From the human T2T-CHM13v2.0 reference genome, Homo sapiens: 64,000 bases of DNA. Made by a program: the position numbers and the translations under genes. Under the pieces are notes generated by a model, which had not been told where the DNA came from, did not search any database, and worked only from the letters and a program-made list of their open reading frames with translations. This document shows, piece by piece, positions 43,025-61,992 of this stretch (position 1 is its first letter; every line of letters begins with the position of its first letter). Location: the NCBI RefSeq assembly GCF_009914755.1, contig NC_060942.1. The stretch is one strand, 5' to 3'.

Positions 43025-43340
43025 TTATGGTAAATGTACATAGCTTTCATTTTAAAGTGTCCTTTTCAACAAAATCTTTTGAATTTCTACAAAGTTCTGA
43101 GTTAAAGGACTGTTTATCATTTTAGGTAGATGGGAGGGCTGTCTGGACACATAGATCCCCTGGACTCAGAGGACCACACCGAGCATCACAGTGAGGAGCC
43201 TTGCTAAGCTAAGCAGCATGCATGCCCCTGTGGGGTGGTAGGTGCTTCAGCCTGACTGCCGTGTGTGCCGCTCATTACACTAGCAGAGCCCCTCCAGGAA
43301 GGAGGGAAGGAAACAGTATCAGAATTAAGCAGATTGTATA

Positions 43341-43362
43341 CACACACACACACACACACACA
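43341..43362. repeat. (CA)11 microsatellite
   Basis: Direct reading. Confidence 0.92.
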
Positions 43363-44103
43363 CTCACGCGGCATTCCCAACTGGCAACAAAGAGCAGGTG
43401 TTCCAGATAAGAGTAGCGGGAGAATGGAAGGAGTTGCCAGGTAGAATAGCAAATGAGACGTGTGACCAGGGAGAAAGAGTATTCTCAAATACTCTTGTGT
43501 CCCAAATGTGTCCTTCGCAGTTACATTTAAACCATGGAAGGCAGAGAAGCACTAAATTGTCTCCTTGCCTCAGAGGAGGGATGCCATCCAGGGCCTCTGA
43601 ATAAATCAGCTGCTTTTGACCTTGCCAGTCATCTTCACACTGGTTGCCTAGTACAGGATGTGGTTGAAGCCACTGGGATAATAACACCTCCTAGGGCCTG
43701 TCTAATGCATGGCCATTTACACCACCCTGTTGTGGCTCCTCTCGCCTTTGACCCTCACCAAGGCTAACACTTACCATGGTTCAGGGAAGGGGAAGCTGGC
43801 CCCGAGCCCTCCTCTGATCCTACCATGACTTGCTGCCTGCTGCAGGCATTATTCACAAGTACTTGACCAGTTGCTAGAAACTGTCACACATTAAAAGCTT
43901 CTGCTTTCACTTACCAGGCAGGGAAAGCCGTGACCACAGAGCTTGTGGGTGCTGCCACCAGAGCATTCTCCTGAGAGCTGGTGCTGTCAATGTTGGGTGT
44001 TGGCGGAGACTGTTGGGAAGGAGGCTGGGCTAGCCAACTTGCCGAATTTCTCATCGCTGACCCTGCCACTCCACGTGCATAATCATGGGGCTCCTGCTAG
44101 TGT

Positions 44104-44211
44104 CATTAAGCCACACCCTACTGGTGCAGCACCACTAAGCCATGCCTACTGGGTCAGCACCATTAAGTCACACCCCATGGGTCCAGCACCGCTAAGCCAC
44201 ACCCCACTGGC
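44104..44211. repeat. Degenerate 28-29 bp tandem repeat, ~3.8 copies
   Basis: Units cattaagccacaccctactggtgcagcac starting at 44104, 44133, 44161 and 44190. Confidence 0.88.
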
Positions 44212-46314
44212 TCTCTCCTTATTTCACCAGGGAGTCCTGCAGCAAGGAATGGTGCACGCTGGACCCCACCCTGTCTCATCCCACTGTGGCTGGTTTCTGC
44301 CACAGAAGGTGAGTCTTTGGTGAGGGACTGAGGAGCAGAGTTGTGTGGGTGCTGCAATAACTGAGGATCAAACCAAGTCAGGGTGGCCCATCTGCCATGA
44401 TCTACCCCAAAGGGCGGGAAAGCCAGGAAGCCCCCAGGGCATCTTCTCCAGGATCAGCTGCAGCTGTTCTGTTTTGCTGTTGTTTTGGGTTTCCTTGTTG
44501 CCATTTGTCTTTGTTTTGTTTTGTTTTGTTTTTGAGTTCTCAGTAATCTGACAGGCACCAAAGTGGTCCCTTTGGATTCCATGCCCATCAGTATAAAATG
44601 GAGAGGGAGAGGAAGGAGCTAGGCTTTGGGATCAGCAGATGTGGGCTTAGGGCCTGGGCTCTGTTACACATGGATGCTATCATCTTGGGCAGGTTTTCTA
44701 ACCTGATGAAAAACCAAATTGCCTGGCCCAACTCTAGCCCTAAGATAAAAAAAGCAAAAGACTCTTGACACTCACACAGGGCCCAGCTCCCATTTCCATG
44801 GTAGAAGTCTTCTAGGGATTTGAGTCAAAGCTCTGCCTGGTACAGAAGAGGGTGGATTTGCCTGCAACGTCTTTTGTGCTCACCGAGGGAAGCCTCCATA
44901 GGCCAGTAGGAGGCTTGGCCAGAGACAGGGATAGGCATGCTGATGTCATTTCTTCCAGAAACACATCTGACTGTGGGTACCATTCACCCGTCTTATAGCC
45001 CAAGCAGCTCAGGCTCCAAAAGCTTAAGCAATTTGCCACAGTTGCAATGCAGGTCCTCTGACTTCGTAGCACATGTTACCCACATGTGCTGGAATTGCAT
45101 GGTGCAGGTGGGAGAAAGCTGAAAAAACCAAGTGTTTCAGTTGGCTGGAGGGTACATGCAAGGGAAGTACTGGGGACCAGGTTGGGAAAGATCATGGCCT
45201 CTTTTACAGAGCGTCTCTCTGCATCTGAACCTGACCTGTTTGGGACCTGGGACCTAGAGGAGCTGGGTTAGCAAATGGGTGGATATTTCAAGTCCTAATG
45301 ATACTGTTGTGCTGTCAATTATTACACAAATCCAAGAGCTAACACCCCTTGGTCAGAAGACACTGCAGAATAATTGCAGAATAATTACAAGCTGGATAAA
45401 GCCCTCAGGTCAGAGGAAGGGAAATTTAAAATGGAGGAAACTAATTACTTTTCAGGGCAGTGATTCTCTGGCCTCAGACTTCAGCTAGATGCCCTCTGTA
45501 CATTTCTTTCTCTTGGTATTTTTACTTACTCATAAAAGTGGACAGAAACCCAAAATAAAAGCAAATACTGGTGATGTGGCAAGACAATGTGAAGCATCCT
45601 GAGCTTTGTCCTCTTTCCTTCCATTCATTTCTTTTATGCAAATTGCTTCCTCCCTGTGCCTTGGGCATAATAAATATTCATGGAAGGAAGGAAAGAAAGG
45701 AATTGCACAAGTGGGAGATGAACTAAAATGTAAAGATTTCCAAGCCTTGCCCTCATTAGCATCATGTATTTTACTACTAAAGCTTAATAAGAAATGGAGC
45801 CACTAATTAATCCATGAAAGATTTTCAGAAAAAGCGCAACTCCTCATTTATTTGGTGAAAACTACAAAAACCATTTATTCTCCTGGGTCCAAAGTTTTCC
45901 CATGGTAAAATTGAGTCAGTTCAACCAATGGATCCCTGAGAATGACACGGTCACCTATGTGCAAAGTACCCCTGAGGGTTTTTAATTAAAAAGAAAAAAG
46001 AAATCTCTGGCTACAGATGAGAACTGCTTTCCACCTAGGAGAATCAGGTATTGAAGGAGCACGCCTACCCTTCTCCACGCTGTGCCATGAAACAACTCTC
46101 GGAACTTCCATGAGTGGCACTCATGCTCCAGCCACTCACAAATAGACCTTTGTGTCATTTATTCAGCACTTGGTAGGTCCAAGGCACTGTGCCAACCCCT
46201 TACCTATGCATCTCATTCAATCCCAACAATTACTTTGAGAATCGGGTATGATTATTGCATTTAGCAGGGAGAAAAGAGAGAGGAAGCCCCAAGTAACCGG
46301 GCCAGTCCTTATGG

Positions 46315-46835
46315 AACTATTACCCTATATTAATAATGCGTTCCTGATGCCTAGATGTCTGGGGCTTTGCTGACCCTGGAGGAACTGCCTTTCTCAGGGT
46401 CAGCTAATTTCTAGAGAAAGTAAATGACTTGCTTGGGAGCACCTTTCAAATGCAAGCCACCCAACCCAGAGCCCATACCCCGGGTGCCACCTCTTCTATT
46501 AGCTCTCACACTCAGGACCATGTGCTCCCACTCTAATCACCCTAGGGACAGATGGCAGACAGCAAGAGGCAGCCCCTATGTCCCAGACTCCTGTGAAATT
46601 ATTCAAACTAGCAAATCATAAACCTGCTTACCCTGCCTGGCGCCATTCCTTCCTGCAGAAACCATGATAAAGACTCTTGCCTACGTTTCCCCCTCACTCC
46701 CTCTGCTGCCTGACTGGCCCTGGTACTTCCCCACTTGGCACCTGTGGCATGGTGTGGGCCCCTTTCTTGGAATATGTGAGTATCACAGAGTATCTTTTCA
46801 ACGGCAATTGTCTTCTGATCTGTTGGCCTCCCCAT
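46315..46835 (+). mobile_element. ERVL LTR (MER73/MER74-like)
   Basis: gctaatttctagaga...aattattcaaactagc...tcttctgatctgttggcctc. Confidence 0.55.
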
Positions 46836-47080
46836 ACCAGAAAAAACAGACCCACATTCTAATACGCATGCCCAGTGTCGCCCCTGTGCTAATCTGAGCC
46901 AAAAAAGCAGAACCACAAATGGAAACATCACATCCTGTTTATCACTAGTATTGGTGTTCTCAAAGACAAATTAAGGCCTTTAGGGGTATATTCCAAGAGC
47001 ATGAGAAAGAAGAGGGACTGCTAGTCTTACCCACTAATTCTATCCAAGATGCAGATAGCAGCCATTCATTTCCTGCTTGG

Positions 47081-47376
47081 TTTTTTATTTGTTTTTGAGA
47101 CAGGGTCTGGCTGTCACCCAAGCTGGAGTGCAGTGGCACCATCATGGCTCATGTCAGACTTGACTTCCCAGGCTCACACGATCCTCCCACCTCAGCCTCC
47201 TGAGTAGCTGGAGCTACTGGTGTATGTCACCATCTCCAGCTAATTTTTTTTTTCATTGTAGAGATAGGGTCTTGCTATGTTGCCCAGGCTGGTCTCAAAT
47301 TTATGGACTCAAGCCATCCTCCCACCTTGGCCTCCCAAAGTGCTCAGATTACAGGCATGAGCCACCACTCTTGGCC
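47081..47376 (-). mobile_element. AluJ
   Basis: Full dimer. Confidence 0.9.
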
Positions 47377-47521
47377 TCCTGCTTAGTTTTGATAACACAA
47401 TGATGATGAAGAAGGAGAAATCAGTCTCTCTGGAGGATGATGATTTTTGCACATTCATCAAAAGGGGTTTAGAAACAGTTGGGAACAGCAGACGAACATG
47501 GTCATCCTTCCCCTCTGGTAG

Positions 47522-47877
<356 letters not shown>

Positions 47878-48629
47878 GAAAGCTTTTAAATTAGGGGTAA
47901 AGTTAGCTACCTAGAGACAGCTGGCCAAATTAGCATACTTACGGCAGATAATTAAGCCAAAGACTTTGGTTGAAAATAGGAATTAATCACCAAAATAACT
48001 TTATTTGGCCTGTTTCCCCCACACTGTTCTATCCTGACACACACAGGATTGTACATTTCCTGGAGCCATTCTTCCTACAACACCACATTTACGAAAAGCA
48101 GCTAACACATGAGTGAGCTTAAGGGCTTCAGCTGTGATCCTACTAATCCTGTCTTGCTTTTCAAGACTTCTGTACTCAGACACAAAAACACAACGTAACT
48201 CTTTAAAATCCAAGTACTAAAATAGCACCCAGAGCCTACATCTTCTTTCAAAGGCATGTTTTCAAAGGAGTTTTAGTCACCCAAGATATAGCTAGCTTCC
48301 AATGATCTGAATCACACAGTTAATAGGACTTAGCTATCCACGTTGATCCCAGGTAGCCACTGTCAGCACTAGCTTCCATTGTTTGTACCTAAGTAATTGA
48401 TGGAGGATCGCTTAGGGACTACAGAATGGCAGGTTCTACAATAGGAACACCTAACCCAAATTTTGCAAATGTAGGGCTTCCAAAAAAGGATAGAGTATAG
48501 CAGATCCAAAAAATAGGTTAGCATTATTCTTTTTAATATCAAACTACTCCTTACCTGTAAATGAGGGTGGTGTTAATTCTGTAAATATTGGAGTGGCTTG
48601 GGGACCACCTGAGCTCCCTTCTATAGACA

Positions 48630-49070
48630 CAGGCTTTGTTCTGTGTGAACCCCAGACTCATGCACATCCAAATGCCTACTTTGTATCTCCAGTTGGATAC
48701 CAACCAGGTACCTGGAGCAGAGTATGCCCAAATCGAAACTGTTAATTCATCTAAAGTTGTTCATCTCCAGAATGCCCCAATTTCACTAAAGAGTCTCACT
48801 GTCTACCTCACTGCTCAAGACAAAACCCTCTGAGTCATCTTTGATTCCTCCAGGCAGTCCTTTCGGCTCTGCCTCCTACGTACATCTCAAATCAGTACTC
48901 GTGTTTGTGTCTTCACTGTCACTCCCCAAATCAGGTCATCAATTTTTCTCCTGGGCCACTGTGATAGCCGCCTCACTGGGCTCCCTACGTCAACTCTAGC
49001 CTCTCCTATAAATCATTCTTCCCATTGCAGCCAAAGGGATTTTTTTTTAACACATCAGATCATGTCTCTC
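48630..49070 (-). mobile_element. L2 fragment
   Basis: gagtcatctttgattcctcc ... gcctcactgggctccct ... cagatcatgtc. Confidence 0.7.
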
Positions 49071-49640
49071 AGGAAAATTCTTTATTGAGAAATAAATGTT
49101 TGAGACTCTTATTACAATGAATGTGTTCGTCATCTATTTCAATTAGGCCTGAAGGGAAAAAAACCAAGGACTTGATACTTTCTTGGGAAAAAAATAAAAA
49201 GAGGAATTCAAATCCCGTAGAAGGTACAGAGAGTGGGCTGAGTACAATTTTTTCTATGCCAATCAATTAGTATGTTGCTTTTGGATTGATGGTTTTTATT
49301 CTACAGGAGATAATATGACACTTTTAAAGTCTGGGTGGTTTTTTTTTTAAGTTCTTATAAATCAGCCAAGACATTTTTATAATTCAAAAGTACAGAAGAA
49401 GTCTCAATCTGACACAACAGGCCTTCACCCCAACAAGATTAGGATTTATATTCTAAGGGTCTCCAAGTCAAATGTCCTGTAAATATTCCCAGCCTTTCTC
49501 CTTAACAATTAGCTGTAAAAGGCTGTATAGCTCAGGGCCTGTCTCCCATGACAGTGAAGTCAACAGTCTGTCATATGCCCAAGGTTCTTTGCTAACAAGT
49601 GCTTATTAGAGGTCTGCAGTCTCTGACTTCAGCATCATTT

Positions 49641-53846
<4,206 letters not shown>

Positions 53847-53970
53847 TTCAGCATAATTTTTAACAACTCAATTTTATTAGCCTCTCAAAACTATAGGCTT
53901 TGTAGGTTTCCAATTCTACATTAAAGAATGCGGGCATTACAATTTCCTATTTCAATATGTTTCTCTCCTA

Positions 53971-54303
<333 letters not shown>

Positions 54304-54349
54304 TCATGGCTGACCCTTCAGGTCTCAAATTAAATGTTGGCTTTGGACA

Positions 54350-54870
54350 ATCCATATGAGCTAAGAATGTGTTCAGCTGCAAGTGACAGAAAACCAGTCT
54401 AGCCATAGCATTTAAAATATAGAGCTTTCTTTTTCTTACTGAGCCATTGTGAGAGATAGTTACTGGCTCTTGTTCAGCTGCTTAATGACATCATCAGGGA
54501 CTCAGCCCTTCAGAGCTTTCCGCTGTTCCACTTTTATCTTCATGCTTGCTCTTTCATGATCTCAAAAAGGCTGTTGCCAGGCCAGATGGCTCATTCATTT
54601 TGTTTAAGGCAGAGAGAATGGGGGAAAAGGTAAGAGGCTTTCTCCTCACCAGGCAGGAACAGAAGTCTCACTTACCCCCACCCAGAGGTGACCCCTTGAA
54701 TCTCACTGGGTTTCCTGTCTCCTTTTAAGCCAGTCACTCACCAAAGGAAATAGGATAATCACACTGATTTAGACCAGTTGTGATTTACCCCTAGAATTGG
54801 GGTAGGAGCCACCTTCTCATGATCCAGGAATCCCTGGATGCCACCTGAACACACTAGGTCCTCCTAGAAT
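54350..54870. mobile_element. Old MaLR LTR (MLT1-like)
   Basis: ttcagctgcaagtgacagaaaacc ... gacatcatcagggac. Confidence 0.6.
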
Positions 54871-54878
54871 GGAAGGGG

Positions 54879-55194
54879 AGCTGGGTCCAGTGGCTCACGC
54901 CTGTAATCCCAGCACTTTGGGAGGCCAAGGCACATGAATCACTTGAGATAAGGAGTTCAAAAAAGCCTAGACAACATGGCAAAAGCATGTCTCTGCTAAA
55001 AATACAAAAAAAAAAAAAAAAAAAATGCTGGGTGTGGTGGCATGAGTCTGTGATCCCAGCTACTTAGAAGGCTGAGGTAGGAGGACTACTTGAGCCTGGG
55101 AGGCAGAGGTTGCAGTGAGCCGAAATCGCACCACTCCACTCCAGTCTGGGTGACAGAGCGAGACTCTGTCTCAAAAAAAAAAAAAAAAAAAAAA
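54879..55194 (+). mobile_element. Alu with expanded middle A tract
   Basis: Full dimer. Confidence 0.9.
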
Positions 55195-56013
55195 GGAAGG
55201 GGTCAGGAGTGGAGGGGACTGGACCATGTATGCCATACCCCTGTCTCTTTACCTTCTATCATATCACCCTACTCTATTCATGTCCTATATTGCAGCAGCC
55301 ATAATCTGTAAGGACTTGTATATTTCTTTGTTTACTTGTCAATTGCTGATTTCCAGCACTGGAAAGGAAGCCCCTCAGTGAAGGCAGGGACCTTACTGGT
55401 CTTGTTCACAGATGTAGCCCCACTGCCTGGCAACCAATAAATGTTTCTTTGGATCTATAGATAAAAATTCCTACTGCTATTTTTTGACCACTCCTTATAC
55501 ATCTAGCTGCTTTGCATATGTTAGTGCATTTAATACTCCCAACTTTCCATGCAGTCCATATAAGTCTCCCCACCTAATAAATGGGAAAAAGCAAGACTTC
55601 AGAAAGATCTAACACCTGTAAAGGCTTCCCAGTGAGTGGCAGGCCTTGGGTTTGAACTCCAGTATCCAAGCTCCATGCCTAAGTGATGCCATGTCATAGA
55701 TGTAGCAGGTACTTGTAGCCTGCCTATTTCACATCCTCTTGGCCCATCTCTGTTCTCAGCACAGCTGTAGGGAACAATTTCATGCCAGCTCTTCTTGCTC
55801 TGTGCTGACAGGGCCCAGGATGCTCTATGCCAAGTACAGCCTGGAGGTGCAGGCAAATTATCTCCAGGAAGAACCTTCAACCAGCAGAGGATGGGAGCTG
55901 GTAACATCTCCGGCTTCTGTACTTCAGGTAGACAATTCTGGGATTCTGTATACTCCTGAGAGCCCCATTAGAAAAGAGCACTCCCCTGACTGCTGACTGC
56001 CCATTGCCTCCAT

Positions 56014-56498
56014 TGCAGGCAGATTAAAGGCCCCCAAAGATGTCCACATCCTAACCCCAGAACCTGTGACTATGTTATCTTTTATGGTAAAGGGGGCTTT
56101 GGAGATATGATTATAGACCTTGAGTTGGGGAGAGGAGCCTGGATTATCCAGGTGGGCCCAATCTAATTACATAGGTTCTTCAAAGCAGATAATTTTTCCC
56201 AGCTGTGGTCAGAAAGAGTGTGATGACAGAAAACGGCTCAGAGAGATGTGATGCTGTTGGCTTTGAAGATGGAGAAATGGGCTGCAAGTTAAGGAATGCA
56301 GGTAACCTCTAGAAACTAGAAAAGAGAAAGGATTCCCTCCTAGAGACTCCAAGTGGAACACAGCCTTGCTGAGATGTTTAGCTCAGTGAGACCCACGTTG
56401 GACTTCTGACTTACAGAACTGTAAGCTACTAATTTTTTTGTCGTGGTAAGCCACTACATTTGTGGTCATTTGTTACAGCAGCAATTGATAACTAATAC
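56014..56498 (+). mobile_element. MLT1D-like LTR nested in an ERVL LTR relic (~55700-56660)
   Basis: cccccaaagatgtccacatcctaaccccagaacctgtgactatgtt ... tttgttacagcagcaattgataactaataca. Confidence 0.8.
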
Positions 56499-57082
56499 AC
56501 CCCATATTATTAAGTGCCTTAATTATATGCACTTATATTGGTTTTTCCTCCATCCCTGTCTCTCCCTACTTCCTAACTCCTTCTTCCCAGGATTATAATT
56601 ACCTGTACCCAAGTCGTTCTCTCAGGTGCTGTTTCATAGGGCACAAATGCTAAGATCATGGATACATTTTGTACCAACCTTAGTAGTTCTCATATGCCCC
56701 ATCCCCATACCCAGTTTGCAGTAATTCTGGAATCAATTCAAGGAGCAGCTAAGATTCTTAGCTTCTAAACTAATTTACAAGTTGCAACAAACCTATGCCG
56801 TTCTCAAAGGAATAATTAACACGCTCTTGGCTTCTAATTTAAAAACTGTGTGATCATTTTAAATGACATATTTTATTGATTATTATTTCTAAATCTTGTC
56901 ACCTTGATTTATGCTATTTGGAAGAAACTCAATGTCTTAAAGAGACATTATTAAAATGGAATGGAGCCCAACTATTTTAACTGAGCTAAGATCTTTTGAA
57001 AATGTACTAGTCTATACTGCCTGATGATGAAATTGATACTGCTAAGGAAATAATAGTGATTGTTATCATCAAGTGTTCAGCA

Positions 57083-57369
57083 AGCCAGGTGCCGGTGGCT
57101 CATGCCTGCAATCCCAACACTTTGGGAGGCTGAGGCGGGTGGATCACTTGAGGCCAGGAGTTCGAGACCAGCCTAGCCAACATGGTGAAACCCATCTCTA
57201 CTAAAAATATGAAAATTAGCCAGGCATGGTGGCGGCACCTGTAATTCCAGCTATTCAGGAGGCTGAAGCAGGAGAATCGCTTGAACCCAGGAGGCGGAGG
57301 TTGCAGTGAGCCAAGATCGCGCTGCTGCACTCCAGCCTGGGCAACAGAGCAAGACTCCATCTAAAAAAA
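57083..57369 (+). mobile_element. AluS
   Basis: Full dimer; TSD tgttcagca. Confidence 0.92.
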
Positions 57370-58364
57370 CACTGTTCAGCACAGGAAGCTTTGAGGATTT
57401 CACAAAGTATATGTCTATGCAATATACAATTGTTCAATTGTTCCTCCTCTTCCTATTTTCAACTCTTCGAGAGTATGTTACTCTGTCCTTAAAGGTATCC
57501 TAACCCAGATTCAGGGAGCTGTGTAGTAATCCACAAGGCAGCATGAATTCTGAGAGACTGTGGCAGATATGGTGGTGGCGGACACCATGCAAGACTTTTG
57601 TACTACAGAACCGAGCTCCTACCTTTTTCACGCTTCTTTTCCAATAATTACTTGTAATCCTGCTAAAGTCTGAACAGGTGCAGCTCATGTTCTTTAAAAG
57701 GATTAATAATGAAAGGCTGTTTGAAGCCACAGGCGACAGGAAACCTAGTTCTGTCTAGAAATGCTCTTGTGTACATATGTCTGCTTAAGAGAGGGGTGGC
57801 TAGAAATAGCAGGCCAGGCAGTAACTCACTGGGCTCCGCTCTAATGCTCTGTGACTGGGGAAGTTTGCAAAGGATTTCCCGAGCAGGCAGCGGGCAGCTC
57901 TCTGCAGCACTCCCTCTGACAGCTGCTCAGCATTAGGGACAGAAGGTGCTGCAGGGAACCCTGACACTGCCAGGGCTGCACTCCCTGCAGCTCCCCTGTG
58001 CTTCCACTCAGGACTCGATGCAGCACATCTTTGGAAAGTTTGTTTCCTCTAAAAACAAAAGGTTGTTCAGAGGAGATTTAGTCTGCATCACATTAGATGG
58101 CAAGTCAGTAAGCATATGAATATCGCCATCCCTGTACCTCCACAGTCACAGCAGGTTATGGGCTGCTGGCCCCCATGCCTCCCAGTGTCAGGGTGACAGC
58201 ATTCGGGAATTGAAGGATTAAAGCCAGCCACCCATTCAAGAGAAGGAGAGAAGCAGGGAAACACTAAGCACTTAAAATGCTCTGCTCCAAGATGCTGCGC
58301 AGGACAGCCAAGAGAGAGGGCTGTGAACTGAGGGTTGGGGTTTATGTAATTATGTGTCTCTAAG

Positions 58365-58457
58365 GGAAGGACAGAGGAAGAGAAGAGAAGGAGGGAGGAG
58401 GAATGAAAGGAAGGAGGTAGAAGTGAATAGAAGGAGGGAAAAAGAAAGGGAGGAAGG
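58365..58457. repeat. GA-rich low-complexity polypurine tract
   Basis: Direct reading. Confidence 0.8.
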
Positions 58458-59871
58458 CTTTGTTCCAGAATCTGGAATTGGTTCTGAACAAAACGTTGAA
58501 ATGTGTGAAGTTAGACTCCGAGGCCTCTCCATCTCTCTGTATTGTGTTAGGAAACCTTTCTCCCCCAGGGGCACAGATCCTCCCAGGGGCGATAACCATG
58601 GCAACCTCATTTGAGTGGGATGGGTCCCACTTCTCACCTTGCTCCTTGTCAGAGTCGGCCTGTCCAGCATGCCACTCTCTGTCCTGATGGCTGCCTGCTC
58701 ACAGAGGGGCAGCGATGGACAAATGAAGACATCATGGCAACCAGCTAACATGTTCCATCTCTGAGAGAAAACAGCTTCTCTCTTCGGGCAAAGCTACAGA
58801 AAATGTGCCTTCCCGTAATAATGATTCCCCCTGGACTGCCCAGCCAAGGGCCTGCGTCAGCGCTGGCCAATGTCCGGCGTCTGTCTGGCTCTCCCCCTCC
58901 CCCTCCTCTCGGCGGTGACTCGCTCTCATTTCACACAGGCTCTGCTTAAAGGTCACCTCCTTAGAAACAGCCTCCTTGGCTACACCACCTAAAACCACAC
59001 CCCATTCATCTGTATCCCTTTACCTTGCTTTCTTTCCCTTTCTTACACTGACACACTACCTAACTTTCTATCAAATCCTCCTGCGCTATAGAAGTCTGTT
59101 TGGATCTCCTCTAAGTATACAAAGAATGTAAACACCACATAACAAACCACATACTCTCTTCGTGCAAGGGAGCAAACGCCTTTTCCATCCTCTCTTGGAA
59201 GAAGGATCACACACAGATTATGCAGCCAGGGTGATTCTCCATGGTGGTGTCCTTCTCTTCATAAAGTAGAAATCCTCCTGGCAGCCTAAATCCCCAACCC
59301 ATGGACAGCTTGAAATTACATACAAATGATTTCTTAAGCAACTTTTACCATAACACAGAACTCTAAAATACCCAAATTTCGGATTTCAAATGGATAATCA
59401 TAGACCCAGAACACAGTATTAAAAATTACTTTTAAAATGAGCACATATAGATTTAAAACAGCAGGTTTTCTCCACGAGGAACTAAGACATTGACCAAGAA
59501 TATAAAAGGAAGGAACATAGTCATTCTGGAGCTTGAACCATTCTCAGGGCAGTTGAGCCTACGTGGATCTGTCCAGCCTTGGGCCTGGGAGCAGAAAGAA
59601 AGGGGAAATTGGGAGGCAAAGCAAGTGGACCCTTCAGAAGCTTCCACCTCCCTCCTGCTTCTAGGGGAACCCCTCTCACTGACCCCAGCTGCCCAACACC
59701 AACAATGTCCCTTTCTCAGCAGTATTCATCAGAACCTGCTCCTCAGGAAGAAAAATTCATTCAAAAATTCAAAATGTTAGAAAATAACGAATCCAACTGA
59801 TCAGTAAGTCTCCCAGGAGTTGTGTTATTTTAACAGGAGATGTGCAATTCATCCTTAGAAAAGAACCTCAA

Positions 59872-60190
59872 GGCCCGGTGCGGTAGCTCATGCCTGTAAT
59901 CCCAGCACTGTGGGAGGCCACGGTGGGTGAATCACCTGAGGCCAGGAGTTCCAGACCAGGCTGGCTAATGTGGTGAAACCCCATCTCTACTAAAAATACA
60001 AAACTTAGCTGGGCATGGTGGTGCACGCCTGTAATCCTAGCTACTCAGGAGGCTGAGGCAGGAGAATCACTTGAACCTGGGAGGCAGAGGTTGCAGTGAG
60101 CCAAGATCAGACTACTGCACTCCAGCCTAGACAACAGAGCAAGATTCTGTCTCAAAAAATAAAAAAATAAAAAAAAATAATAAATAAATA
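59872..60190 (+). mobile_element. AluS
   Basis: Full dimer with (AAAT)n tail. Confidence 0.92.
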
Positions 60191-60499
60191 AGAATATCAC
60201 TTTATTTAGGAAGCTCTCCCTAACCCCCAAGACTACATTAATTGCTACTAGTTGGAGGTCCCATAACAAATACTCTGTACATGTCTCCATCTTGCATTTG
60301 CCACATTTTATGACAGCTTGTATGTCTGTAAGTTCCATGGGGGCTAGGGATATACCAAGCTCTTGACATGGAGCAGGTGCTTAATGAACATTGAAGGAAG
60401 AAAGGAAGGAACAAATGAATGAATAACTGCATCTGTTTCCCCTACTGGACCAGGGCACTTCAAGGACAGAAATGGTACCTTATTTACCTTTCCATCTGA

Positions 60500-60720
60500 A
60501 AGGCACTATAGCATAGTCAAGGTAGGACTCTGCAGCCAAGATGCCTGGGTAAAAATCCAGATTTTGTCACTTAGTAGTGCTAACTGTGCCTCTGTTTCCT
60601 CCTCTGTAAACAGGAGATAATTAATAGTACCTACCTAATAGGATGTAATGATTATTAAAAGTATTAATATATTGAAAGTACTTAGACTGGTACCCACCAC
60701 ATAGTATCATGTGTTCGTTA
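60500..60720 (+). mobile_element. MIR
   Basis: ctgtgcctctgtttcctcctctgtaaa...aatagtacctacct. Confidence 0.75.
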
Positions 60721-61130
60721 TTATTGTTGTTATTAGTTGAATTCTCAGTACCTACCTAGCAGAGATTCAGTAAATGGACACGTTGTGTATCAGTCACAGA
60801 TGGGCAAAGTATAAAGGTACAAATCCTCCTTTCCCTGAAATTCTGCCTATTTCATGGACACTGCTGGCCCTGGGCACAGAGGATGAGAAAGATGAGGAGG
60901 AGGTTTGTCTACTAAAGACAAACTCCACCAACCACTAACTTCACTGTCCAGTACAGAATAGTACTTTATTATATCATGTTCTGAAGCAGTTCTCATTTTA
61001 GTGGAATTTTTACCACATTTCTTTAGATGACTACCTCAAGTTTCTGATTCTCTTTAACCAAGAAGACTTAGTTCTTGAGTAGACAAAGTAGACAGTTGAG
61101 CGCATTTCTGTTTGCAACTCTTTTATTTGT

Positions 61131-61470
61131 TGTCTTAGTCCATTTGGGTGGCTATAATGAAATGCCATAAATTGAGTGGCTTGTAAACAACAGAAATTTA
61201 TTTCTTACAGTTCTGGAGGTGAAAAGCCAAGGTCAAGGCATATTCAGTGTCCGGTGAGGGCCCGCTTATTGGTTAGCTGCGTCCTCACATGGTGGAAGGG
61301 GCTAAGCAGCTCTCAGGGGCCTCTTTGACAAGGGCACAAATCCCATTCATGAGAGCTTCACTCTCTGGAATTAATCACCTCCCAGAGGCCTCACTTCCTA
61401 ATGTCATTACCTTAGGGGTGAGGATTTCAACATAGCAATTTTGGGGACATACAAACATTCAGACATAACA
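61131..61470 (-). mobile_element. MLT1A-like solo LTR with 5 bp TSD
   Basis: tgtcttagtccattt...aaacattcagacataaca; TSD tttgt. Confidence 0.85.
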
Positions 61471-61992
61471 TTTGTCTAGTCTCATTGTCTAGTATAGATC
61501 TTAATTTTTAATAAGAAAACACACTTAAGGTAAACATTTGGCTTCCCACAACTGAATTACTACTTGAAAATTAATACTAGTTAAGTAACTCACCAAATAT
61601 ACGCAAAAGTATCCTGGAGACAGAGTGATATACAGGTGATTTGTCTTCAGTTGCATATTTTTAAAGCAAATAATGAGTTTTAGATTGATTGTTAAAACTT
61701 ATTAAAAACAGACTAAAATGTTTACAATAAAACATTTCAAAGTAGATAAGAATATCGAGGCAAAGAAAACATAAAACCTTACCCAAAACAAATTTTCCTC
61801 TTCTTGTTTGGATAACTCAAACTAGATGTGGGATCAGGAGATGCCTCAATTAGTTTAAATTTATTCCTATCTGTTGTAACGAAATAAGCAAGGTACGTAT
61901 GAAGGTTCTATACACACAAACACATGCTGAATTCTGCTTTGTTCTTTGTTTTTCATGCTTTTATTTAGCTTACTCTCTCTGTATATATATAG

